Shown: one piece after another, positions 9,123 to 18,618 of the stretch
Position numbering within the stretch: position 1 is the first letter of the stretch
How the letters are laid out: every line of letters begins with the position of its first letter
Assembly: GCA_038213805.1 (NCBI GenBank)
Contig: JBBQSO010000007.1
Location: 32,001 to 96,000 of the forward strand
Length of the DNA stretch: 64,000 nt
DNA from: Planctomycetota bacterium
Lineage (GTDB): Bacteria > Planctomycetota > UBA11346
Direction: 5' to 3'
The notes under the pieces: generated by a model
Databases searched by the model: none
The model's input: only the letters and a program-made list of their open reading frames with translations
What the model was told of the DNA's origin: nothing
Made by a program: the position numbers and the translations under genes

Positions 9123-10144
9123 CGCCGGACCGCCTGCGCGCGCTGACGGCGCGCTACGCCGATCTCGATCTCGCCATCGTCGGCGACTTCTGCCTCGACC
9201 GCTACCTGGAGATCGACCCGGCGCGCGCCGCGGTGTCGATCGAGACCGGCCTGCCGGTGCACAACGTGGTGGCGGTGCGCGCGCAGCCCGGCGGCGCCGG
9301 CACCGTGCTCGGCAACCTGGTCGCGCTGGGCGTGGGCACGCTACGCCTGGTCGGTTTCTGCGGCGACGACGGCGAGGGCTATGAATTGCGCCGCGCGCTG
9401 GGCGCCTTGCGCGGGGTCGCACTCGACCACTTCATCACCACTTCGGCGCGGCGCACCTTCACCTACTGCAAGCCGATGGTCTACTCGCCCGGTGCCCCGC
9501 CGCGCGAACTCGAACGACTCGACTCGAAGAACTGGACGCCGACACCCGTCGACCTTGGCGCGATGTTGACGCGCTCGTTGCGCCAGCTCGCCGCCACCGC
9601 CGATGGCGTGATCGTCATGGATCAGGTCGACGCGGCCGGCACCGGCACGGTCAGCGCCGCGCTGCTCGACACGCTCGGCGCCTGCGCCGCCGCGCGCCCG
9701 CAGATGCCGGTGATCGCGGACTCGCGGCGCAGCCTGCGCGACTATCCGCCGGTGATCTTCAAGATGAACGCCGCCGAGCTTGCCGCCATGTCCGGGGGCG
9801 CGGGCCACCGCGGCCTGGACGACGTGAAAACCGCCGCGCGCGCCCTGGCGGACGCCAACGGCCAGCCGGTGTTCATCACCCTGGCCGAGCAGGGCATCGT
9901 CGGCGCCGCGCCCGGCGGCGCGCTGGAACATGTCCCCGCCCTGCCCCTGCGCGGACCCATCGACATCGTCGGCGCCGGCGACTCGGTCACCGCCAACCTG
10001 ATCGCCGCGACGGCCGCCGGCGCCACCCTGCGCGAGGCCATCGAACTCGCCATCCTCGCCTCGTCGCTGGTCATCCACCAGCTCGGCACCACCGGCACGG
10101 CCAGTGTGGACCAGATCGCGGAGCTGCTGCCGGCGCTGGGGTGA
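9119..10144 (+). CDS. PfkB-family sugar kinase resembling RfaE/HldE domain I
   Basis: IVGDFCLDRY, PGGAGTV, KMNAAE, ITLAEQG and DIVGAGDS motifs. The GTG start overlaps the upstream TGA (GTGA). Confidence 0.87.
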   Translation: MTPDRLRALTARYADLDLAIVGDFCLDRYLEIDPARAAVSIETGLPVHNVVAVRAQPGGAGTVLGNLVALGVGTLRLVGFCGDDGEGYELRRALGALRGVALDHFITTSARRTFTYCKPMVYSPGAPPRELERLDSKNWTPTPVDLGAMLTRSLRQLAATADGVIVMDQVDAAGTGTVSAALLDTLGACAAARPQMPVIADSRRSLRDYPPVIFKMNAAELAAMSGGAGHRGLDDVKTAARALADANGQPVFITLAEQGIVGAAPGGALEHVPALPLRGPIDIVGAGDSVTANLIAATAAGATLREAIELAILASSLVIHQLGTTGTASVDQIAELLPALG

Positions 10145-10195
10145 GGCGCCACGCCGGACCTTGCCATCGCCGCGAAGGCCGATGCACTCGCAGCG

Positions 10196-11038
10196 ATGCC
10201 GGATGTCCCCACGCGCTTCGTGCTGTTCGCCTTCGGCGAGGAGCTGGCCGCCTACACCCAGGCGCACCTCGCCCTGCTGACCACGATGGCCAACGCGCCC
10301 GCGGGCTGTGAATTCGTGGTCGTCACCACCCACCCACGGCATTTCCACTGGTTCGACGGGCGGCTGCGCTTGGTCGTGATCGACAACGCGCAGCTCACGG
10401 CCTGGAAGGGCCCCAGCGGGTTCTTCTGGCGCACCAAGATCGAGGCCATCCGCCACGCGGCCGCGCTCGGCCCGGCGCACATCGTCTACCTCGACTCCGA
10501 CGTGCTCGCCACCGCCCCGCTTGCCGACCTGTGCGCGGGCCTGGCGCAGGGCCGGGTCTACATGCACCAGCGCGAGTTCACCCTCGGCGGCACCCGCCGC
10601 CGGGGCCACCGCCCCCTGCGCCAGCTCATCCCGCGGACCCACGTCGGCACCACCGTGTCGCTGGACACTGAAATGTGGAACGCCGGCGTCGTCGCCGTCG
10701 GCGCTGCGCAGCACGGCCTGCTTGACCGCGCCCTGGCGCTGTGCGACTCCTTCATCGCCGATGGCCAGCACACCTTGCACGAGCAGTTCGCCTTCAGCGT
10801 CGCCCTCGCCGGCACCGGCGCGCTACACGCCGCCGAGCCCTGGATCCTGCACTACTGGGGCAACAAACCCGGCTTCCAGGAGGCGATCAATGCCCAACTC
10901 GCCGCCATCTGGATCCGCCAGCTGAACGTCGACCAGGCCATCGCCTTCGTCCAGGCCAACCCCATCCGCCGCCCGGTCTCAGTGCGCCGGCGCTGGTGGA
11001 ACCGCTGGTTCAAGGGTCTGGCGGGCGTGGCGAGCTGA
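10196..11038 (+). CDS. Nucleotide-diphospho-sugar (GT-A fold, GT8-like) glycosyltransferase
   Basis: VYLDSD DxD motif, MWNAGVV, HEQFAFS, ILHYWG. Confidence 0.7.
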   Translation: MPDVPTRFVLFAFGEELAAYTQAHLALLTTMANAPAGCEFVVVTTHPRHFHWFDGRLRLVVIDNAQLTAWKGPSGFFWRTKIEAIRHAAALGPAHIVYLDSDVLATAPLADLCAGLAQGRVYMHQREFTLGGTRRRGHRPLRQLIPRTHVGTTVSLDTEMWNAGVVAVGAAQHGLLDRALALCDSFIADGQHTLHEQFAFSVALAGTGALHAAEPWILHYWGNKPGFQEAINAQLAAIWIRQLNVDQAIAFVQANPIRRPVSVRRRWWNRWFKGLAGVAS

Positions 11039-11096
11039 AGGATTTGAGGGAGTTCATTTACCTTTTCACGTCACCGGGTAGTTTCGCCGCAGCGCC

Positions 11097-11510
11097 ATGA
11101 TCCACCGCCTTCCACTCCTGATCTGCGCGGTGCTGGTCGCCTTGGCCGCAGCACTGCCGAGTGGCCGTTGGTACCAGTGCCACATGGACGGAACCCTGCA
11201 CGCGGCATGCTGTTGCCAGACCGCGCTGCCCGCCCTTCCTGATGCTGATCAATCCTGCACCGCCCATGACGGCGGCTGCTGCACCGTGATCATCCTTCCC
11301 GACCACCCGGATCAGCAGGTCGCCGCCACGCCGTGCGTTCCGGATGATGGGCTTGCCGTCATCGCTGCGCTCGACCTGCTCGGGGACGGCCCCGTCGTGC
11401 TCGACCTGTGCGACCGGAACCGCCGTTCCCTGGTCACACGTCGACCGTCGGCACCTCGCGAACCGTCGTCGCCGCAGCTTTTCCAGCGGTACTGCTCCTA
11501 CGTGATTTGA
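11097..11510 (+). CDS. Small Cys/His-rich exported-type protein preceding cusCBA (DUF2946/HYC_CC_PP-like)
   Basis: Hydrophobic N-terminus, CHM..CCC..C..H..CC, Pro-rich segment and LFQRYCSYVI terminus; located in front of a metal efflux operon. Confidence 0.65.
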   Translation: MIHRLPLLICAVLVALAAALPSGRWYQCHMDGTLHAACCCQTALPALPDADQSCTAHDGGCCTVIILPDHPDQQVAATPCVPDDGLAVIAALDLLGDGPVVLDLCDRNRRSLVTRRPSAPREPSSPQLFQRYCSYVI

Positions 11511-11739
11511 CGGTCAATGGATGTGCCGGAGCGCCCAGTGGGCGCTTGGCCGCACCGTCTCTCCACACGGATCGCCCGGCTTCTTCCCGTAAGAGTCGTC
11601 GGCGCATCCCCCATCCGCAAACGGTTCGCCACCCGCCAAGCATCGGGCCTCGCGATCACATCACTGCCTGCGTGCAGGATGTGCGCTGCAGGTGTGCTCC
11701 GCATTGCGGCCAGATGGATCTCCCAGAAGGATTGCTCAC

Positions 11740-13146
11740 ATGCACCAGCGACCGCTTCGCCTGATCCTTGCGCCGTCTGGGCTCGCCCTGCTGGCGATGC
11801 TCAGCGGCTGCTCCTCCTCCGATGATGGGACTGGCTCCAGGCAGCAGCGTGCCGATCTCGGACCGAGCGCGTCTCCTTCCGCCATGCCCGACATGGCGGA
11901 CGGATCCGCAGCACATGCGCCGCCAACGGATGAACTGCCAGCGTTGATCGCCAGTGCGACCCTCGAACGGGCAGCGCTCGTCCGGGCTGTCCTTCAGCGC
12001 AATCCCGGCATCGCAGCCGCGCGCGCAGGATGGCTCGCCGCGCTCTCCCGGTATCCCCAGCAGTCGGCCTGGGATGACCCGATGCTCTCCTACCGCACCT
12101 ACCCCAGGAGCATTGGCGCCGGCGTCCACTACGGGCAAGAGATCGAGATCAGCCAGCGCATCCCAATCGGCGGCAAGCTCGACCTGCAGGGCGAGATCAC
12201 CCTGGCTGAGGCCGATGCCGCGCGTGCGGATTACCAGTCCGTGCGGCTGCGGCTGGGGATGATGGCGTCGCAGCTCTGCGACGACTATGGCCTCGCGGTC
12301 CGTTCCCTGGCGATCCTCTCCCGCCAGGCGCAGGTACTGGCCGACCTGAAGGCCAGTGCCCAGGCCCACGTCGCGAATGGCACCGCGTCGATCCAGGATG
12401 CGCTGATGGCCGACGCCGAGGCGGCCGAACTGCAGCAGGAAGTGATCCTGGCGACTGCCGATCGCGATGTCGCCATCACCCAGCTCAATGGACTCCTGCA
12501 CCGTCTTCCCATCGATGCTCCGCTTCCGGTCCCGGGTGATGAGGCCGTGGCCACGCCTGGAACAGCGAGCGCGGCCCTGCAGGAGATCGCGGTGCGGGAA
12601 CGGCCAGAGCTCAGCGCGGTCGAGGCGCGGGCGCGCCGCGCGGATTCGTCGCTGGTGCTGGCCGAGCGCCAGTACCGGCCCGATGTCATGGTCTCCGGCA
12701 CCTACAGCTCGCTCTGGGACCAGCGCGAATACCGCTATGGCCTGGGCGTGTCAGTGGCGCTGCCGGTGCATGGCGACCGCCTGCAGGGCGGCATCGATGA
12801 AGCCCATGCCCAGATCACCCAGGCGCACCTCGAACGCGAGCACATGGAACGCGACATCCGCGTGGAGGTGGCGGAAGCCATCCGTCGCCTGACCGCAGCC
12901 GAGTCCATCGCGACGGTCATCCATGATCAGCTGCTGCCGGCACTCACCAACCGCAGCGACGCCGCACGCACCGCGTTTTCTGCCAACCGCGCATCGTTCG
13001 AAGCGATCATCGCCGCGACGCGCGCGCAACTCAGCGCCGAGCTCAGGTACCAACAGGCCCTGACCGACGTTTCCCGTCGTCGCGCCATGCTCATCCGTGC
13101 CATCGGACGCCTCCCCATACCCGCCCAGGCTGGAGCCACCCCATGA
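11740..13146 (+). CDS. cusC: TolC-family outer-membrane efflux lipoprotein (CusC-like)
   Basis: RBS AAGGA, lipobox LSGC, outer-membrane-factor repeats (LQRNPGI, RERPEL); overlaps the next gene by 4 bp. Confidence 0.85.
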   Translation: MHQRPLRLILAPSGLALLAMLSGCSSSDDGTGSRQQRADLGPSASPSAMPDMADGSAAHAPPTDELPALIASATLERAALVRAVLQRNPGIAAARAGWLAALSRYPQQSAWDDPMLSYRTYPRSIGAGVHYGQEIEISQRIPIGGKLDLQGEITLAEADAARADYQSVRLRLGMMASQLCDDYGLAVRSLAILSRQAQVLADLKASAQAHVANGTASIQDALMADAEAAELQQEVILATADRDVAITQLNGLLHRLPIDAPLPVPGDEAVATPGTASAALQEIAVRERPELSAVEARARRADSSLVLAERQYRPDVMVSGTYSSLWDQREYRYGLGVSVALPVHGDRLQGGIDEAHAQITQAHLEREHMERDIRVEVAEAIRRLTAAESIATVIHDQLLPALTNRSDAARTAFSANRASFEAIIAATRAQLSAELRYQQALTDVSRRRAMLIRAIGRLPIPAQAGATP

Positions 13147-14891
13147 ACACCACCGCGAAGCTCACCGCCATCGTCGCCACGCTCGCCGCGGCGGGTTCGC
13201 TCCTGCTCGGCTGGAGCGTGCGCACCGGCAGCAGTCGTCCGATCCCAGGGGCGGTCAGCGCCAGTGAGCAGGTCGCAGTGGCCCTCAGCAAGCCGATGCC
13301 CGTGCCGGATGCCGCGCTCATGCCCCTCGAGCAGGTCTATGCGGCCTACGAACATCTCCGCGATCACCTGGCGCTGGACCAGCTGCCGGGAGTGGCGACC
13401 GATGCACAGGCGCTGACCGCGGCTTTGACCGCCGCCAAGCTGGCCCTGCCGGCCGATCATCCCGCAGCGGAGCTGGTCATCACCGCCTTGGCACACGGCG
13501 GGCATCTCGCCGCCGCCGCCTCGCTTGAGGATGCGCGGGAACATTTCGCCACCATCAGCCACGCCCTGGTCGCGATCGCCGAGGGCGAGCCCCGCCTTCA
13601 GAAAGGGCATGTCGTCTTCAGCTGCCCGATGACCAAGGGCTACAAGAAATGGATTCAGGGAACCTCGGCCAAGAGCAATCCCTACATGGGCACGATGATG
13701 TCCACCTGCGGGACGACCACCACCTGGATGGCCGACGAGCACGCCACCCCGCACGCGGCGATGAGCCCCGGGGGCGCCAAGGACATCGCCTTCTTCACCT
13801 GCTCCATGCACCCAGCGGTGAAGATGCAGACACCCGGGAGCTGCCCCATCTGCAGCATGGATCTGATTTCGGTGACCAAGGAACAGGTCGCCTCAGGTGA
13901 GATCATGGTGGACGAATCCCGCCGCCAGCTGATCGGCATCCGCACCGCCGCGATCATCAAGCAGCCGATGCACATCCTGATCAATGCGGTCGGCCATGTC
14001 GCCTATGACGAGTCCGGGTATTCCGACGTCAGCCTCAAGGTCGGTGGCTGGGTCACCAAGCTCATCGCCGACACCACCGGGGCATTCGTCGAGCAGGGTC
14101 GGCCGCTCTTCACCCTGTACAGCCCTGAGCTTTACGCGGCAGAGCAGGAATACCTGCTGATGCTCCATGCCCAGCCCACCACCGCCACAGCGGTCGGTGG
14201 TGGCATCCTTGAAGCCGCCCGCGAACGCCTGCGGCTCTGGGACCTCGATGACGCCCAGATCAGCGAGATCCGCGAGCACGGCGCGCAAAAGGACCAGGTC
14301 ATCGTCGCCCCGGCCTCAGGGTACCTCATCGCCAAGGACATCGTGCAGGGCGCTGCGGTGGTGCCGGGACAGCGGCTCTTCCGCATCGCCCCCATCGACC
14401 GCATCTGGATCCTGGCCGAGATCTTCGAGACGGACATCGCGGTGGTCGCGGTCGGCCAGTCGGCGACGGTGACGCTGCCCTACGCGCCTGGCGAGACCTT
14501 CACCGGAACCATCGACTACCTCTATCCCTACCTCAATGCCGATACGCGCAGCGTGCGCGCCCGCATCCGGCTCGAGAACGTCGACCACCACCTGCGACCC
14601 GAAATGTATGCGACGGTGGCCATCGCGGTCGAGGTCGGCGAGCGCCTGCTGGTACCGAAGTCGGCGGTGGTCTACACCGGTCCACGGCGACTGGTGTTCG
14701 TCGACCTGGGTGAAGGGCGGCTGCGTCCACACCAGGTGAAGCTCGGCCTCGCCAACGCCGAGTCCTACGAAGTGCTCAGCGGCTTGGCACCGGGCGACAA
14801 GGTCGTGACCTCCGGCAACTTCCTGGTCGCGGCCGAGAGCCGCATCCGTTCGGCCGAGCAGTACTGGGGAGATGACCATGACGCCAAATGA
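13143..14891 (+). CDS. cusB: RND periplasmic adaptor (CusB-like) with DUF3347-like and heavy-metal-binding domains
   Basis: FSCPM..NPYMG..M..CG (DUF3347-like), FTCSMHP..SCPICSMDL, LYSPELYAAEQEYL, LRPEMYA, VVTSGNFL. Confidence 0.9.
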   Translation: MNTTAKLTAIVATLAAAGSLLLGWSVRTGSSRPIPGAVSASEQVAVALSKPMPVPDAALMPLEQVYAAYEHLRDHLALDQLPGVATDAQALTAALTAAKLALPADHPAAELVITALAHGGHLAAAASLEDAREHFATISHALVAIAEGEPRLQKGHVVFSCPMTKGYKKWIQGTSAKSNPYMGTMMSTCGTTTTWMADEHATPHAAMSPGGAKDIAFFTCSMHPAVKMQTPGSCPICSMDLISVTKEQVASGEIMVDESRRQLIGIRTAAIIKQPMHILINAVGHVAYDESGYSDVSLKVGGWVTKLIADTTGAFVEQGRPLFTLYSPELYAAEQEYLLMLHAQPTTATAVGGGILEAARERLRLWDLDDAQISEIREHGAQKDQVIVAPASGYLIAKDIVQGAAVVPGQRLFRIAPIDRIWILAEIFETDIAVVAVGQSATVTLPYAPGETFTGTIDYLYPYLNADTRSVRARIRLENVDHHLRPEMYATVAIAVEVGERLLVPKSAVVYTGPRRLVFVDLGEGRLRPHQVKLGLANAESYEVLSGLAPGDKVVTSGNFLVAAESRIRSAEQYWGDDHDAK

Positions 14892-17800
14892 GCCACCCGT
14901 GTCCGCGGCGCCGAAACTCGGGCCCATCGCCCGGATCATCGCGGTCTGCGCCCGCCATCCGGCGATGACCATCATCCTGGCCCTGGCCCTGGTGGGCTGG
15001 GGCTATTTCTCACTGCGTAAAACGCCGCTGGACGCCATCCCGGACCTGTCCGACATCCAGGTGATCATCTTCACCGACTGGCAGGGCCGCAGCCCCGACC
15101 TGGTCGAAGACCAGGTCACCTATCCGATCATGACCACGCTGCTCGCGGCGCCGAAGATCAAAGCGGTGCGTGGCCAGTCCTTCTTCGGTCTGTCCTTCGT
15201 CTATGCGATCTTCGAGGACAACACCGACATCTACTGGGCGCGCAGCCGGGTCCTGGAATACCTCAACACCGTGCAGGGGAAGCTGCCCGAAACCGCCAAG
15301 CCACGCATCGGTCCCGATGCGTCGGGCGTCGGCTGGGTCTTCGAATATGCCCTGGTGGACCGGTCCGGCGGACACGACCTCCAACAGCTGCGCGCGCTGC
15401 AGGACTGGAACCTGCGCTATGCGCTGGAGAGCGTTCCGGGCGTCGCCGAGGTCGCCTCGGTGGGCGGATTCGTCAAGCAGTACCAGGTCCAGTGCGACCC
15501 CGCCAAACTGCTCTCCTACCACGTCGCCATCCCGGAGATCGTCAAGGCGATCCGCGCCTCGAACGCGGACGTCGGCGGCGAGGTCATCGAGATCAGCGGT
15601 CACGAGAACATGGTGCGCGGTCGCGGGTACGTGAAGTCCATCGCCGACCTGGAGGACATCCCGGTACGCTTCTCCGACAACGGGGTCCCGGTCTTCCTCA
15701 AGGATGTCGCGGTGATCAACCTCGGCCCGGAGACCCGGCGGGGCATTGCCGATCTCAACGGCGAGGGCGAGGTCGTCGGCGGCATCGTCGTCATGCGCTA
15801 CGGCATGAACGCCCTGTCGGTGATCGATGCAGTGAAGGCCCGCCTGAAGGAGATCCAAGCGGGCCTGCCCGCCGGCATCGAGGTGGTCCCCACCTATGAC
15901 CGTTCCGGTCTGATCCGCGATTCGATCCACACCCTGACACGCACCATCATCGAGGAGATGGTGGTGGTCAGCCTGGTGATCTTCCTGTTCTTGCTGCACG
16001 TGCGCAGCGCGCTGGTGCCGATTCTGACCCTGCCGATCGCGGTCCTGCTCGCATTCATCCCGATGTATTACCAGGGTCTGACCGCCAACATCATGTCGCT
16101 TGGCGGCATCGCCGTGGCGATCGGCGCGATGGTCGACGCCTCGATCATCATGGTCGAGAACATCCACAAGAAGCTGGAAGCCTGGGAGAGCCATGGGCGC
16201 CAGACCCCGCGAATCGAGGTGGTGATCGGGGCGATGCAGGAGGTCGGCCCGTCGATCTTCTTCGCGCTGCTGGTGATCACGGTGTCGTTCATGCCGATCT
16301 TCACCCTGGAAGGCACCGAGGGGAAGCTGTTCAGCCCCCTGGCTTACACCAAGACCTACTCGATGGGCTTCGCGGCGATCCTGGCCGTCACCCTGGCCCC
16401 GGCCCTGGCCGCCATCTTCATCCGCGGCAAGATCCTCAAAGAGGACCACAACCTCGTCAATCGCTGGCTGATCCGCCTGTACGCGCCGGTCGTGCGCTTC
16501 GTGGTGCGCTTCCGCTGGCCGGTGATCATCGCGGCGCTGATCACGGTGCTGGCGACCATTCCCGCCTATCTGCATCTCGGCAGCGAGTTCATGCCGCCGC
16601 TCAATGAAGGCGCCATCCTCTACATGCCGACCAGCCCGCCCGGGATGTCGATCACCGAGGCCGGCAACGTCCTCCAGGCGATGGACCGCGAACTCAAGAC
16701 CTTCCCGGAGGTGGTCTCGGTGTTCGGCAAGATGGGGCGCAGCGAGTCCCCGACCGATCCGGCGCCGATCAACATGGTCGAGACCGTGGTCGTGCTGAAA
16801 CCGCGCAGCGAATGGCGTGCGGGGATGACCTGGGACAAGCTCATCAAGGAGATGGATACCAAGCTGCTCTATCCGGGCATGCCCAACGTCTGGTGGATGC
16901 CGATCCAGACCCGCACCGAGATGCTCGCCACCGGCATCCGCAGCCCGCTCGGCATCGAGGTCTACGGCAACACGCTGGAAGACATCGAGAAGACCACCCT
17001 GGCGATCGAGCGGGTCGTCGGCCAGGTCATGGGCACGCGCTCAGCCTTTGCCGAGCGCACGGTCGGAGGATTCTATATCGACTTCGCGGTCAAGCGCCGC
17101 GAGGCGGCGCGGCTTGGGCTGCGGGTGGAAGACGTCAACCAGATGGTGGCGACCGCGATCGGTGGGCTGAGCGTTGGCGAAACCGTCGAGGGTCGCGAGC
17201 GTTACCCCATCAACGTCCGTTACGCGCGCGAATTCCGCGATGACCCGAACGCCCTCGGCAAGACCCTGATCGCCCTGCCGAGCGGCGCTCAGGTGCCGAT
17301 GTCGGAAGTCGCCGACATCCGCTTCGTCAACGGCCCACCGATGCTGCGCAGCGAAGGCGGCAAGCTGGTGAGCTATGTATTCGTGGACGTGGCCAACCGG
17401 CCGTTCGCCGACTACGTCGACGAGGCCAAGGCGGTGGTCGCCAAGGAAGTCGTGCTGCCAGCTGGCGTGCGCCTGGACTGGGTCGGGCAGTACAAATATT
17501 TTGAACGCGCCAAGGCCAAGCTGGCCCTGGTCGTGCCGATCACGCTGCTGATCGTGATGTTCCTGCTTTTCCTGAACACCAAATCGGTGGTCGAGACCAT
17601 GATCGTCATGATGGCGGTGCCATTCTCGCTGGTCGGAGCGATCTGGTTGTTGTGGCTGCTCGACTACAACATGAGCGTAGCGGTGTGGGTCGGCCTCATC
17701 GCCCTGGCGGGCCTCGATGCGGAGACCGGGGTGATCATGCTCCTCTATCTGACCTTCGCCCATCGCCGCTGGCTTGACGAGGGTCGCCTGAGGACGGCTG

Positions 17801-18066
17801 ATGACCTGCGCGACCTCATCGTCGAAGGTGCGGCCCAGCGCATCCGCCCCAAGCTCATGACCGTCCTCGCGGCCATGGTTGGTCTGATCCCGATCCTGTG
17901 GAGCGACGGCACCGGCGCCGATGTCATGAAACGCATCGCGGCACCGATGATCGGCGGCCTGGTGACCTCCTTCCTGCTGGAGCTGACGGTCTATCCGGCG
18001 CTCTTCGCCCTCTGGAAAAGCCGCAGCCTGCCGGTCACGGCTCCCGCGATCACCTCCCCACTCTGA
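14878..18066 (+). CDS. cusA: CusA/SilA-type heavy-metal RND permease (Cu+/Ag+)
   Basis: LDAIPDLSDIQVII, GPDASGVGWVFEYAL, AIGAMVDASI and RIRPKLMT. The CusA methionine triad is present in LYMPT, INMVET and TEMLATG. Confidence 0.95.
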   Translation: MTPNEPPVSAAPKLGPIARIIAVCARHPAMTIILALALVGWGYFSLRKTPLDAIPDLSDIQVIIFTDWQGRSPDLVEDQVTYPIMTTLLAAPKIKAVRGQSFFGLSFVYAIFEDNTDIYWARSRVLEYLNTVQGKLPETAKPRIGPDASGVGWVFEYALVDRSGGHDLQQLRALQDWNLRYALESVPGVAEVASVGGFVKQYQVQCDPAKLLSYHVAIPEIVKAIRASNADVGGEVIEISGHENMVRGRGYVKSIADLEDIPVRFSDNGVPVFLKDVAVINLGPETRRGIADLNGEGEVVGGIVVMRYGMNALSVIDAVKARLKEIQAGLPAGIEVVPTYDRSGLIRDSIHTLTRTIIEEMVVVSLVIFLFLLHVRSALVPILTLPIAVLLAFIPMYYQGLTANIMSLGGIAVAIGAMVDASIIMVENIHKKLEAWESHGRQTPRIEVVIGAMQEVGPSIFFALLVITVSFMPIFTLEGTEGKLFSPLAYTKTYSMGFAAILAVTLAPALAAIFIRGKILKEDHNLVNRWLIRLYAPVVRFVVRFRWPVIIAALITVLATIPAYLHLGSEFMPPLNEGAILYMPTSPPGMSITEAGNVLQAMDRELKTFPEVVSVFGKMGRSESPTDPAPINMVETVVVLKPRSEWRAGMTWDKLIKEMDTKLLYPGMPNVWWMPIQTRTEMLATGIRSPLGIEVYGNTLEDIEKTTLAIERVVGQVMGTRSAFAERTVGGFYIDFAVKRREAARLGLRVEDVNQMVATAIGGLSVGETVEGRERYPINVRYAREFRDDPNALGKTLIALPSGAQVPMSEVADIRFVNGPPMLRSEGGKLVSYVFVDVANRPFADYVDEAKAVVAKEVVLPAGVRLDWVGQYKYFERAKAKLALVVPITLLIVMFLLFLNTKSVVETMIVMMAVPFSLVGAIWLLWLLDYNMSVAVWVGLIALAGLDAETGVIMLLYLTFAHRRWLDEGRLRTADDLRDLIVEGAAQRIRPKLMTVLAAMVGLIPILWSDGTGADVMKRIAAPMIGGLVTSFLLELTVYPALFALWKSRSLPVTAPAITSPL

Positions 18067-18098
18067 TTCCACGTCGCGGCCTGCGGGCAAAACGGCCC

Positions 18099-18566
18099 TC
18101 ACCCGCTTACGTTTCCGATGCGAACCAAAAGCGCGTCGGGACCTGACTCGCAGTGTGTTCCCGCACGCGCGGTTCCCGGCAGCACAGGATGGCCACGGGT
18201 TGCCCCCCCGTGCAAGCCGGCAGTGCTCCCGCCGGCGCCGGCTACCAGAACCCTGCACTCACTTGCTGGCGGCAACCTCATCACGTGGTCCACATGGACC
18301 ATCAGGGTCGGCAGGGTCTGGGCAGCGAAGACGCGTAATCTGGTGTCCTTTTCGTCCTGACTCTCAGCGGTGAACAGGTAGACCGCTTGTTTGAGGGTCT
18401 TCTCGTGGCATTCGAAGTAGTCCTTCGCGAAGTCCTTGTCCGCGGCGCTGCCGAGCTTGTCGAGTTTCACCTGAAGTTTCTTGTCGAGGTCGTTCGCCAG
18501 CGTGACGCCCTGCTTCGCCGCGAGGGCGAAAAATCCGCTGTTGGCCTTGGTATGATCGTCGATCAT
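18099..18566 (-). pseudogene. 5'-truncated DUF4142-domain (ferritin-like) gene
   Basis: MIDDHTKAN..LAAKQGVTL..DF..Y...LF..E..D..LRVFAAQTLPTL..H matches the C-terminal two-thirds of DUF4142. The signal peptide and first helices are absent, and the C-terminal tail is unrelated read-through. Confidence 0.7.
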
Positions 18567-18618
18567 CTGGCGTCGCCGACTACCTGGTGGCCATGACCGC
18601 CCGAGCAGATACGGTCAT

